A stretch of DNA of 64,000 nucleotides from Akkermansiaceae bacterium. Lineage in GTDB: Bacteria > Verrucomicrobiota > Verrucomicrobiia > Verrucomicrobiales > Akkermansiaceae. The position numbers and the translations under genes were made by a program. The notes under the pieces are model-generated. The model did not search any database. It saw nothing but the letters and a program-made list of their open reading frames with translations, and was not told the DNA's origin. Positions 35,883-45,497 of the stretch are shown here, one piece after another (positions within the stretch are counted from its first letter, which is position 1; every line of letters begins with the position of its first letter). The stretch lies in contig CBFHQJ010000014.1 in the NCBI GenBank assembly GCA_965657795.1, forward strand, positions 923-64,922. The letters run 5' to 3'.

Positions 35883-36704
35883 ATGAGAAGCAAAGCACAA
35901 ACACCACTCCTCGGGGTAATTGCCCTGGCTGCCGCCATTCCGGCGTCTTCCATGGGAGCTCTTGTCTCCCACTACAACCTGGACGACACCAGCAATGGCA
36001 TCGCCGTTGACAGCGTGAGTGGAAACGATGCCACCTGGCAGAACGGCACCAACACGAACCTCGTAAATGTGACCGGCCAGATCGGCGGGGCCGCAAGCTT
36101 GACCGATGCCGGTGGAGCCGGAGCCAACAACTTTTTTCAACTGTCTCTGCCCCAGCTCATCGGAGCCAATGGAATTTCAATTTCCCTCTGGATTAACAAC
36201 CGGAACCAAACTTCATCCGGCTACAATGGAATCTTCATGACCCGGACCTTCAACGGTGCCACCAACAACAGCTGGGGCCTTGCCATTGAAAACAACGGGA
36301 ATGAGCGCTTTGACGCCCGCGTGAATGGTCCCGGGATTGATTCAGCCGACGGCTTACTCGCCGACGACGGGAATTGGAAGCATCTCGCTCTCGTTTGGAA
36401 CGGGGTCAATTCTACCGCCACTCAATACATTAATGGAGTTGAAACTGCGACCGGAGCCGCCGTCGCCGGTCCCATCGCCGGCCCCGACAGCGGACCATGG
36501 TATATCGGTTTCGACGATTGCTGTGGCAACACCCGTGACTTTGACGGAAATATCGATGACATCATGGTCTGGGACGACGCCTTGAGCGCCGGACAGATTG
36601 ATACAATTTATCAAAGCGGACTTCTCGGCGTTTCTATTCCTGAGCCCGGCACTTCTCTGCTTGGGCTTCTTGGTGGAATGCTCCTGCTCCGCCGTCGTCG
36701 CTAA
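35883..36704 (+). CDS. LamG-domain protein with PEP-CTERM sorting signal
   Basis: Signal peptide, then one LamG module very similar to the first module of the upstream gene. The C-terminus 'IPEPGTSLLGLLGGMLLLRRRR' is PEP + TM + Arg cluster. Confidence 0.8.
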   Translation: MRSKAQTPLLGVIALAAAIPASSMGALVSHYNLDDTSNGIAVDSVSGNDATWQNGTNTNLVNVTGQIGGAASLTDAGGAGANNFFQLSLPQLIGANGISISLWINNRNQTSSGYNGIFMTRTFNGATNNSWGLAIENNGNERFDARVNGPGIDSADGLLADDGNWKHLALVWNGVNSTATQYINGVETATGAAVAGPIAGPDSGPWYIGFDDCCGNTRDFDGNIDDIMVWDDALSAGQIDTIYQSGLLGVSIPEPGTSLLGLLGGMLLLRRRR

Positions 36705-36731
36705 AACACGGCCTTAACCCTACCATAAGAA

Positions 36732-36763
36732 GGCGGTGCTTTTCGATGCACCGTCTTTTTTTT
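36732..36763 (+). terminator. Rho-independent terminator after the PEP-CTERM LamG gene
   Basis: GGCGGTGC (36732-36739) / loop TTTTCGAT / GCACCGTC (36748-36755). The stem is 8 bp including one G-T wobble and is followed directly by T8 (36756-36763). Confidence 0.7.
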
Positions 36764-36804
36764 GCCCCTACCAATCGGCCACCTTCCCCCTTCCTGAAAT
36801 CGCT

Positions 36805-39800
36805 ATGTCTTCAAAATATTCCTATCTGGCAGCTGCCTGTGCTGCGCTCGTCACGACCTCATCTTATCTTCGCGCCGAGTTAATCGGACACTGGACCTTT
36901 GATGAAACTACCGGAGGCATCGCAACAGACTCAATCGGAGCGATCGATGCCAATTGGCAAAACGGTTCCAGCACCAATCTCAACTGGACCACCGGACAGA
37001 TCGGAGGAGCCGTCGATCTTGGCGGTCAAACATCAGGTGACAATTATTTCTCAACCGGGAATCTCACCACTCTATCGAACGCAAACGCGCTTACCATCGC
37101 AGTTTGGGTCAACCCCGATGGATATACCGGCTCAAGCTACGAGGGCATATTCATGACCCGGAGTTCTCTCACCGGAAGCGCAGCCGGCAACCAAAACTGG
37201 GGACTCGCTTGGGAAGATGGTAATGGCAGCAACCCAAATCCCCATCTCGACTCAAGAACCGGTAACGGAACCGATTCCAACCCCGCCTCCATTCCCGCCA
37301 ACGGTGGCTGGTATCACGTAGCCCTCGTCTGGGACGGAAGCGCCGGCACACACGTGCAATACATCAATGGCGTGCAGTCAGCCAGCACCAGCGGACCCAC
37401 CGGAACAATCTCCGGCGGCACCTGGCACATCGGCCACGATGATTGCTGCGGAGGCTCCCGTGATTTTAACGGACAAATCGACGACCTCGGGGTTTGGGAT
37501 CACGCTCTCTCTGCTGCCGATATCGCCGCAATTTACAACCAGGGACTCAATGGTCTGTCCCTTGACGAAACCCCGCCGCTCCCACCCACCGAAGCTCTCA
37601 ACGTGGGCCTGGTCATCAACGAAATCCACTACGACTCCGAGCCGAAAACCGAGTTTGTCGAATTCATCGAACTCCTCAACACGAATTCGACTCCCCTCGA
37701 TATCAGCGGCTGCACCTTCTCTGACGGGATCAATTTCACCTTCCCCGCCAACACCATTCTCGCTGCCACGGAATACGCCATCATTACCGAAAACCCGGCC
37801 GAACTCACCGCCAAGTTTCCCATTCCCCCGGGAACCCAAGTCTTTCAATACTCCGGTTCCCTTTCCAACGATGGTGAACATATTAGCTTAAGAAACGCGA
37901 CCGGAGAACTACTCGATACCATCGACTACAAATCCGAATTCCCCTGGCCCATCTCTCCCAATGGTGAAGGCGACTCGATGCAACTCATCAACGCCGCTCT
38001 CGATAACGATCTCGGCGGCGCATGGCGCGGCGAACTCCCCACTCCCGGGTTGGCCAACGCCAACTTTAACACCAACGCCCCACCGCTCATCCGCCAAGTC
38101 AACCACTTGCCCGAACAACCACTTTCCAGCGAAGCCACCACCATCAGTGCCAAGATCACTGATCCCGATGGAATCGCTTCTGTAAGTCTACTCTACCAAG
38201 TCGTTGCGCCCGGGGACTTCATCCCCGCCTTTCTCCCAAATCCCTACCCCACCCTCACCGGAAATCCTAATGCGCCCCTGCAACCCAACCCCGCATTCGA
38301 AAACCAGGCGAACTGGAATATTCTGCCCATGACTCCGGCAGGTGGAGACATTTACACCGCTGTCATCCCGGCCCAGCCTCACCGCACGCTAGTCCGCTAC
38401 CGTATCGCGACCACGGACACTTTCGCCGAGTCCATCCGTGTTCCCTACCTCAAAGATTCCTCACTCAATTTCGCCTACTTTGTTTATGACGGCGTTCCCG
38501 ACTACGTCGCCGGTGACACCATCCACTCCGCCAGCAACCTTACCAGCTTACCGGTTTACCAAATGATCACGCGCGATGACGACCGCGCATACGCTTATGC
38601 CTACGAGACCACCGGTGACAACTTCCGCATCCCCAAGGGCAACAACGCTCGTAAGACCTACAACTGGGAATGCGCCCTCGTCTATGATGGTGTCGTTTAC
38701 GATCATGTCGCATGGCGCTTGCGGCAAAACAATGATCGCTACACTGGCAACGGAAAACGCTCGATGCGCTTCCGTATGAACCGTGGACACTACTTTCAGG
38801 CCCGCGGCGAAGATGGAGAAAAACTCGCAGTAAAATGGCGGCGATTTAACACCTCCAAAATGGCTCGATTCGGAGGCACCAACAGCTACGGATTTCACGA
38901 GACCATCAACTCCAGACTTTGGCGCATGGTCGGAGTCGAATGCCCCTACTTCCTGCCCGCCCACTGGCGCATGATCGACGATGCCGACGAAGCACCCGAC
39001 CAATACGGTGGCGATTTCTTCGGCTTCACCACCATCGTACAAGACATCGATGGACGCCTTCTTGATGAACGCGATCTCCCCAACGGAAACATGTATAAGC
39101 TCAAAGACGGAGTGAGCAATCCACTGGAACTCCAACGCAACCAAACCCGCACCGCCGTCGATGATGGCAGCGATTTCCTCAACATCCGGAACAACCTCGA
39201 CAGCTCACAGAGTGATACGTGGTTAAACGAACACGTCAATTGGGATCAATGGACCCGCTACCACGCCGTCGTGGAAGCCGTCCGCCACTACGATTTCGGA
39301 ACACCCAATACCCACTTCAAAAATCGCGCTTGGTATTTCCAGGAGCAGGCTGGAAACCCAAATGGACTCCTGCGGATTGTGCCCCATGATCACGATGCCA
39401 GTTGGTCACGAGGCTACCACGATAGCCTCAACAGCGTGGGCAATAGCATCGGCACCGGTTTTCCCTGGGCAGCCATTTTTGATGATATCCGTCGCCCACC
39501 CACCGGGAGCGAAAAGCCCGGCTTCACCCGCGACTACCGGAACTTCATTCGCGAGTTCCGTCAACTTCTCTGGCAGGAGGAAACGGTCAACACCATGATC
39601 GATGATCATGCCGCCACCCTTCAACAATTCAGTTTGGCGGATCGAGACCGTTGGGTTGGAGCACCCGCTGCCGCCGGACGCGAAACAATGGTTCCTATCG
39701 AAAGCATCGCGGCGCCTATGAAGAACATCGCCTTTGTCAGCGACACCATGTACGGCGCAAATCTCGCCGGGGGACGCGGCGCCTTTCTCGACCAGATCGC

Positions 39801-41484
39801 GATCGACCCCGCCATTCCCGATCAACCCACCATCAGCTACAGCGGAGCTGATGGTTTTCCGGCCGGTGCTTTACAATTCACCAGTTCTTCTTTCTCTGAT
39901 CCGCAAGGGGCGGGAAGTTTTGGAGCTATGCAATGGCGCATTGCCGAAGTCGCCAACCTTGGCGATACTGAGGACACGACCATTCTTCCTGCCGGTTCAG
40001 TCTGGAGTTATCTCGATGACGGCAGCGATCAGGGCACCGCTTGGCGCGAAACTGATTTCAATGATTTTGCATGGAGCAGCGGCCAATTGCCCGCCGGATA
40101 TGGCGGCATCAGCGGGACCACCCTCGTGACCGCCATCAACTTCGGCCCGGACTCCAACAACAAGTATCCCACGACCTACTTCCGAACCACCATCGACATC
40201 TCCGACCTCGAAAGCATCGGCGAGTTTGTCTTCTCGCTTAACGTCGATGATGGGGCAGTCGTTTACGTCAATGGCATTGAGATCCTCCGTGATGGGATCG
40301 ATTCCGACTCACCCGTCGCCTTCAACACCTTCGCCGACGACAATGGTAACGAGGGCACTTATGACAGCTTCATTGTCTCCAAAACTCACTTCATTGAAGG
40401 ACTCAACACCATTGCCGCCGAAGTCCATCAGCGTGCCGGCAACAGCAGCGACATGGGATTCGACATGAAAATCACGGCAAGTGGATCGATCCCCGAACGT
40501 GAATTCGAATGGACAGCCGGTTGGGAATCGGGCACAGCCACCTCGTTTCAAGAGACCATCACGCCACCCGCAGTCGCCACCCGCGTGAACCAAACTTACC
40601 GCGCACGCGTCCGTCATCAGGACAGCAGTGGACACTGGAGCCTGTGGTCCGAACCTCTCGAGTTCATCACCACGGAACCTGACCTCTCCACCTTCACCGG
40701 CTCTCTGGTCATCAACGAAATCATGTATCATCCGGCAGCCCCCACTGCTGCCGAGATCGCCGCCGGATTCGACGACGACGACTTCTTTGAATACATCGAA
40801 GTTCGCAACGTCGGAAACCAAACCGTCGATCTGAGCAACATCCGGTTCACCAAGGGAATCGATATTGACCTGAGCGGCACCATCGCGCCCGGCGCATACG
40901 TTCTCGTCGTGAACAATCTAGCCGCCTTTGAAATGCGCTATGGAGCGGACCTCCCCATCATCGGCGAGTGGAGCGGCAAGCTCAACAACGCCGGCGAGCA
41001 ACTCAAACTCTCCTTCGGCGCTGGCGAAACGATTCAGGATTTTATTTACGATGACCTGGCACCTTGGCCCACCGCGCCCGACGGGGCTGGATCCAGCCTC
41101 GTCCTCATCAACCCCTTCGGCCTTCCTGATCACTCCAATCCATCGAGTTGGCGACCCGGACCGGCCACCCCGAACAGCACTGATGGAACCACCTGGACCG
41201 CTGGCGAAGACCTTCTCAATTACGCCACGAAAGGAACTCCAGTCCTGACGGTCCTTCCCGATGGAAACCTAAGCCTCAGTGTTGCATTGAACCAGCTTGC
41301 CGAAGATCTCATCTTTGAAGTTCAGACTTCGACCAACCTTCAGAACTGGCAACCTCAACCGGCCTTTGTTTTGAGTGATCTTCAGGACTCCGGCACTCCC
41401 GGCTACTCTTTGGCCACCTTCATCACGACCACGCCACTACTTGGCGAACGTCACTTCGTCCGCCTCCATGTTCAAACGCGATAG
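36805..41484 (+). CDS. Giant secreted LamG - LTD - CotH kinase-like - beta-sandwich module - LTD - tail-module protein (CotH paralog 1)
   Basis: ATG 36805 gives the signal peptide MSSKYSYLAAACAALVTTSSYLRA. LamG module with DDCCGGSRDFNG. LTD: 'LVINEIHYDSEPKTEFVEFIELLNTNSTPLDISGCTF' and a second 'LVINEIMYHPAAP...FEYIEVRNVGNQTVDLSNIRFTKGI'. CotH-like core: 'VYDGVVYDHVAWRLRQNNDRYTGNGKRSMRFRMNRGHYF...KWRRFNTSKM...GDFFGFTTIVQDIDGRLLDERDLPNGNMYKLKDG'. Confidence 0.7.
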   Translation: MSSKYSYLAAACAALVTTSSYLRAELIGHWTFDETTGGIATDSIGAIDANWQNGSSTNLNWTTGQIGGAVDLGGQTSGDNYFSTGNLTTLSNANALTIAVWVNPDGYTGSSYEGIFMTRSSLTGSAAGNQNWGLAWEDGNGSNPNPHLDSRTGNGTDSNPASIPANGGWYHVALVWDGSAGTHVQYINGVQSASTSGPTGTISGGTWHIGHDDCCGGSRDFNGQIDDLGVWDHALSAADIAAIYNQGLNGLSLDETPPLPPTEALNVGLVINEIHYDSEPKTEFVEFIELLNTNSTPLDISGCTFSDGINFTFPANTILAATEYAIITENPAELTAKFPIPPGTQVFQYSGSLSNDGEHISLRNATGELLDTIDYKSEFPWPISPNGEGDSMQLINAALDNDLGGAWRGELPTPGLANANFNTNAPPLIRQVNHLPEQPLSSEATTISAKITDPDGIASVSLLYQVVAPGDFIPAFLPNPYPTLTGNPNAPLQPNPAFENQANWNILPMTPAGGDIYTAVIPAQPHRTLVRYRIATTDTFAESIRVPYLKDSSLNFAYFVYDGVPDYVAGDTIHSASNLTSLPVYQMITRDDDRAYAYAYETTGDNFRIPKGNNARKTYNWECALVYDGVVYDHVAWRLRQNNDRYTGNGKRSMRFRMNRGHYFQARGEDGEKLAVKWRRFNTSKMARFGGTNSYGFHETINSRLWRMVGVECPYFLPAHWRMIDDADEAPDQYGGDFFGFTTIVQDIDGRLLDERDLPNGNMYKLKDGVSNPLELQRNQTRTAVDDGSDFLNIRNNLDSSQSDTWLNEHVNWDQWTRYHAVVEAVRHYDFGTPNTHFKNRAWYFQEQAGNPNGLLRIVPHDHDASWSRGYHDSLNSVGNSIGTGFPWAAIFDDIRRPPTGSEKPGFTRDYRNFIREFRQLLWQEETVNTMIDDHAATLQQFSLADRDRWVGAPAAAGRETMVPIESIAAPMKNIAFVSDTMYGANLAGGRGAFLDQIAIDPAIPDQPTISYSGADGFPAGALQFTSSSFSDPQGAGSFGAMQWRIAEVANLGDTEDTTILPAGSVWSYLDDGSDQGTAWRETDFNDFAWSSGQLPAGYGGISGTTLVTAINFGPDSNNKYPTTYFRTTIDISDLESIGEFVFSLNVDDGAVVYVNGIEILRDGIDSDSPVAFNTFADDNGNEGTYDSFIVSKTHFIEGLNTIAAEVHQRAGNSSDMGFDMKITASGSIPEREFEWTAGWESGTATSFQETITPPAVATRVNQTYRARVRHQDSSGHWSLWSEPLEFITTEPDLSTFTGSLVINEIMYHPAAPTAAEIAAGFDDDDFFEYIEVRNVGNQTVDLSNIRFTKGIDIDLSGTIAPGAYVLVVNNLAAFEMRYGADLPIIGEWSGKLNNAGEQLKLSFGAGETIQDFIYDDLAPWPTAPDGAGSSLVLINPFGLPDHSNPSSWRPGPATPNSTDGTTWTAGEDLLNYATKGTPVLTVLPDGNLSLSVALNQLAEDLIFEVQTSTNLQNWQPQPAFVLSDLQDSGTPGYSLATFITTTPLLGERHFVRLHVQTR

Positions 41485-44400
41485 CCAATCCTCAACAATA
41501 CGATGGGCGAAGGCACTCCTGCTCTTCACCTTGTCGGGTCACCTTCACGCTGAGCTCATCGCTCTTTACAAGTTCGATGGTAATGCCAACGACACCATCA
41601 ATGGCAATCATGCCACTTGGATTCCGAACGCCCAAAACACTCCACCCAACTGGCAGGCCAATGGTCAAATCGGAGGCGCCATCCGCTTCCCCGGAAGCGG
41701 TTCTCACGTGAACTATTTCAGCGTAAGCGGCTTCCCGGAAATCAATGACTCGACAGGCATGACCGCCGCCGCTTGGTTCAAACCAGAGGGCACGACGGGA
41801 TATCGGGGACTTCTGATGTCGCGCCGAGTGAATGGCGACAAACTATTCGGATTCGGCCACGAAAACGGCCACCTCGACGGTCGAGTCGATCGCACTGCCC
41901 TCGACTCTTCTGACAACTCGATCAACAACAACGGCGAATGGTATCACATCGTCTGGGTCTGGGATAACGTCGCCCGCACCATGCAGCTTTACATTAACGG
42001 AACCGCCACCGGATCACCAAAATCCGTCGCGGCCCAATCCATCACCACCAATAGTGACTGGCGCATTGGCGATGACTCCTGCTGCAACAATCGCAACCTC
42101 AACGGCTGGCTCGATGATCTTGCCATTTACGATGAGGGTCTCAGCGCAACCGCCATCGCAGAGCTTTACCAAAATGGCCTCGATGGGCTCAGCGCCAATG
42201 AACAACCGCCTCCTCCTGCCACCGAACCGCTGAACGTCGGCTTGGTCATCAATGAGATTCATCACGATGCCGATCCCAAAACCCAGTTCATTGAGTTCAT
42301 CGAACTCCTCAACACCGGACCAACCCCACTTGATCTAAGCGGCTCCTACTTCGAGGGCATCAATTTCGTCTTCCCTCCCGGGACCACTCTGAACGTCACG
42401 GAATATCTCGTCATCGGCGAAAGCCCAGATCACGATTTCCAATTCACCGGCTCGCTCTCGGGAGATGGCGAGCAAATCACTCTGCGAGATGCCACCGGAG
42501 CCATCGTCGATCGTGTTGACTATTCCGCCCGCTTCCCCTGGCCCATCATCGATGGCGGCGCTTCCATGCAGTTGACCAATGCCACCCTCGACAACGATCT
42601 TGGGGCCAGTTGGCGGCCCGCCCTCCCGACGCCCGGATTCCAAAACCAAACCTTCACCAACAACGCTCCGCCTCAAATGCGGCAAGTCTCCCACACTCCG
42701 CAGGCCCCACAATCGACCGACCCCATCACGGTGAGCGTCAAAGCCACCGACCCCGATGGCATTGAATCCCTCACCTTGCATTATCAGACCAATGCTCCGG
42801 GTTCCTTCGTACCCGCCTTTCTCCCGCTTGCCAGTCCGGTGCTCCGTTCCAATCCCGAAACCGCGCTGACTCCCAATCCCGCTTTCGAGCAAAACTGGAT
42901 TGCCTTGCCCATGACCGTGGATGCCAGCGGAGAAATCTTCACCGCCACCATTCCGGCCCAGCCCCACCGCACCTTGATCCGCTACCGAATCACTGCGACC
43001 GATTCCCTCGCCAACTCAATCCGGGCTCCTTTCCCGGAAGATCCCTCCTTGAATTTTGCCACCTTCAGCTACGACGGCGTTCCAGACTACACCACCAACA
43101 ACGGCACGACCTATTCCGCCGAAGATCTCACCGCCCTCCCCGTCTATCATCTCATCACCAATGACGATCATCTTGCCCAATGCTGGGCCTATGATTCCTC
43201 CGACCGAGCCGGAAGCATCGCCTCACGAAAGAAGTTCAATTGGGAAGGTGCCATGGTTTACGACGGGGTCACTTACGACCACATCAAATACCGACTTCGT
43301 CAGCGTAATGATCGCTACGCCGGCAACGGTCGAAGGCCAATGCGCTTCCGCTTCCTTCGCGGGAACTACTTTCAGGCCCGTGACCCGGAAGGGGAAAAAT
43401 ACCCCGTGAAATGGCGCTCGCTGAACACCAGCAAGATGTCGCGTTTCGCCGAAGGAGCCAACTGGGGCATGCGTGAACTGGTGTCATCGCGCCTTTGGAA
43501 TCTCGCCGGAGTGGTGGCTCCTGAATTCCAACACATTCACTTCCGCGTTATTGATGATGCCGCCGAGCAAGCCAACCAATACGATGGCGACTTCTATGGC
43601 CTCTCGATGATCTTCGAAGATGTCGACGCCCGCTTCCTTGAAAGTCGCGACCTACCCAAAGGCAATGTTTACAAACTCAAGGACGGCGAATCCAATCCAC
43701 TTGAACTTCAACGTTACCAGGCCCGCGACGCCGTGAGTGACGGCAGTGATTTCATCAATATTCGCGATAATTTGGGCCCACCCACCCAATCCGATCAGTG
43801 GCTCCGCGAACACGTCGACTGGAATTCGTGGTATCTCTACGCCGCCCTCGGCGAAGGATTCCGCCACTACGATTTCTCCCCTCACTTTCAAAAGAATCGC
43901 ATTTGGTATTTCAAGCCCAAGGAAGGCACTCTCTTCGGGCTCATGTCCATCATTCCACACGACACCGATGCCACCTGGAAACGCGGCACCAACGACAACC
44001 AATGGAACGACCCCGCGTGGGGTCCGGGCAATGGGTTTCGCGGACGAGTCGTCGGCTATGATCTACCCAAAGAGGCCATCGCCGAAATCACCGGACTCAA
44101 TGAAAGCGACGGCGAAAACCACCCGGAACGCGAAGCTTTCATGCTGGAATATCGCAACGTCCTCCGCGAAGTCAGCGACTTGTTTTGGAAACCCGGGACC
44201 GTCAACACCATCATCGATCAAGCACATGATCGCATTGCCGAAATGGCTCCCGCCGACATCGCGCGCTGGAGCAATCGGGAGAACATTGGACCCTTGGCAA
44301 GCCAGACCAATTTGATGAAACGACTTGCCTTCACCGAGGATCTTTATCAGGGAAGTTCCCTGTCCGGTGGTCGGGCACAATGGATTCGAAACCTCTCGCT

Positions 44401-45493
44401 GGATCCCGATATTCCAAATCAACCCACTCTCGTTCGAACCGGGACCTCCCTCGACTCGTCGCCCTTCTCCGATCCCCAGGGAAACGCCACCTTCCAGACC
44501 ATGCAGTGGCGAATTGCTGAAAAGGCCAACCATGAATGGCACGCGACCTGGACCGATCAATCATCACAATCTTCCATTCAACCTCCCGCTGCAGCCACCC
44601 GTCCGGACCTCATATATCTTGCCCGCGTTCGTCATCAGGATGATTCGGGACGGTGGAGTCACTGGTCCGAGTCAGTGGAGTTTGTGGGCACCGAGCCGGA
44701 TATCAGCCCGTATTTGAACTCACTGGTGATCAGCGAAATCATGTATCACCCGGAACAACCCGGACCTGCCGAAGTCGCTGCTGGTTATACTGACTATGAT
44801 GATTTCGAATACCTCGAATTACGCAACGTGGGAGACCAGCCACTTGATTTGAGCAATGTCAGATTGACCAAAGGGATCGATGCCAACTTGACCGGCACCG
44901 TGGCTCCCGGGGAGTTCGTTCTTCTGGTCAGAAATCAGGCGGCGTTTGAAATACGCTACGGACCCGGGCTCCCGGTGTTCGGAGAATACACTGGCAAACT
45001 CGATAACGGTGGTGAACGGATCAAGCTCAGCTTCGGAGCAGGCATTGCAATCCGCGACTTTGTATTCGACGACATTTCTCCCTGGCCGGACAGCCCAGAT
45101 GGGAATGGCCGCTCTCTGGTCTTGGTCGATCCCTTCGGACGACCCGACCATGGAAACCCCTTCAATTGGCGGGCCGCAATTACGACCCCGGGAACAAGCG
45201 ACAGCACAAATTTTTCAGGCGACGACCTCGTTGCTTACGCGATGCGGGGGAATCCACACCTGGAAACGCTCCTGGACGGAAAAATCGGATTCACGATTGA
45301 AATTAATGAAGTCGCCGAGGACCTATCTCTCAGCCTGGAAATCTCAAAAGACCTGATCACGTGGGCCCCGGTCGAATCCACAAGGATCCAATCACTTGCG
45401 ACCACCGGAGGATTTGCCAAAACCACTTTTGAGGTTGCAACACCGAACCCAGGAAATCGATGGTTCCTTCGAGCCCGTTTTCAACGATATTAG
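41468..45493 (+). CDS. Giant secreted LamG - LTD - CotH kinase-like - LTD - tail-module protein (CotH paralog 2)
   Basis: ATG 41468 overlaps the previous stop by 17 nt. Signal peptide MFKRDSQSSTIRWAKALLLFTLSGHLHA. Colinear with paralog 1 (LVINEIHHDADPKTQFIEFIELLNTGPTPLDLSG; VYDGVTYDHIKYRLRQRNDRYAGNGRRPMRFRFLRGNYF; GDFYGLSMIFEDVDARFLESRDLPKGNVYKLKDG), but it lacks the WSYLDDGS...DDGAVVYVNG module. Confidence 0.7.
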   Translation: MFKRDSQSSTIRWAKALLLFTLSGHLHAELIALYKFDGNANDTINGNHATWIPNAQNTPPNWQANGQIGGAIRFPGSGSHVNYFSVSGFPEINDSTGMTAAAWFKPEGTTGYRGLLMSRRVNGDKLFGFGHENGHLDGRVDRTALDSSDNSINNNGEWYHIVWVWDNVARTMQLYINGTATGSPKSVAAQSITTNSDWRIGDDSCCNNRNLNGWLDDLAIYDEGLSATAIAELYQNGLDGLSANEQPPPPATEPLNVGLVINEIHHDADPKTQFIEFIELLNTGPTPLDLSGSYFEGINFVFPPGTTLNVTEYLVIGESPDHDFQFTGSLSGDGEQITLRDATGAIVDRVDYSARFPWPIIDGGASMQLTNATLDNDLGASWRPALPTPGFQNQTFTNNAPPQMRQVSHTPQAPQSTDPITVSVKATDPDGIESLTLHYQTNAPGSFVPAFLPLASPVLRSNPETALTPNPAFEQNWIALPMTVDASGEIFTATIPAQPHRTLIRYRITATDSLANSIRAPFPEDPSLNFATFSYDGVPDYTTNNGTTYSAEDLTALPVYHLITNDDHLAQCWAYDSSDRAGSIASRKKFNWEGAMVYDGVTYDHIKYRLRQRNDRYAGNGRRPMRFRFLRGNYFQARDPEGEKYPVKWRSLNTSKMSRFAEGANWGMRELVSSRLWNLAGVVAPEFQHIHFRVIDDAAEQANQYDGDFYGLSMIFEDVDARFLESRDLPKGNVYKLKDGESNPLELQRYQARDAVSDGSDFINIRDNLGPPTQSDQWLREHVDWNSWYLYAALGEGFRHYDFSPHFQKNRIWYFKPKEGTLFGLMSIIPHDTDATWKRGTNDNQWNDPAWGPGNGFRGRVVGYDLPKEAIAEITGLNESDGENHPEREAFMLEYRNVLREVSDLFWKPGTVNTIIDQAHDRIAEMAPADIARWSNRENIGPLASQTNLMKRLAFTEDLYQGSSLSGGRAQWIRNLSLDPDIPNQPTLVRTGTSLDSSPFSDPQGNATFQTMQWRIAEKANHEWHATWTDQSSQSSIQPPAAATRPDLIYLARVRHQDDSGRWSHWSESVEFVGTEPDISPYLNSLVISEIMYHPEQPGPAEVAAGYTDYDDFEYLELRNVGDQPLDLSNVRLTKGIDANLTGTVAPGEFVLLVRNQAAFEIRYGPGLPVFGEYTGKLDNGGERIKLSFGAGIAIRDFVFDDISPWPDSPDGNGRSLVLVDPFGRPDHGNPFNWRAAITTPGTSDSTNFSGDDLVAYAMRGNPHLETLLDGKIGFTIEINEVAEDLSLSLEISKDLITWAPVESTRIQSLATTGGFAKTTFEVATPNPGNRWFLRARFQRY

Positions 45494-45497
45494 ACCA

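Noticed and set aside
34067-36421. Two nearly identical 66-aa minus-strand ORFs (34067..34267 and 36221..36421) might mark a repeated small gene or mobile element.
   Set aside because: Both are antisense shadows of the duplicated LamG module coding sequence. Their similarity simply reflects the plus-strand duplication.
36736-36804. Upstream extensions of the CotH genes as listed in the ORF track (36736, 41375 and 45396 starts), and of 27449, 17855 and 33654.
   Set aside because: Each extension precedes an internal ATG that yields a canonical signal peptide. The extensions overlap the preceding gene or, for 36736, the intrinsic terminator at 36732-36763.
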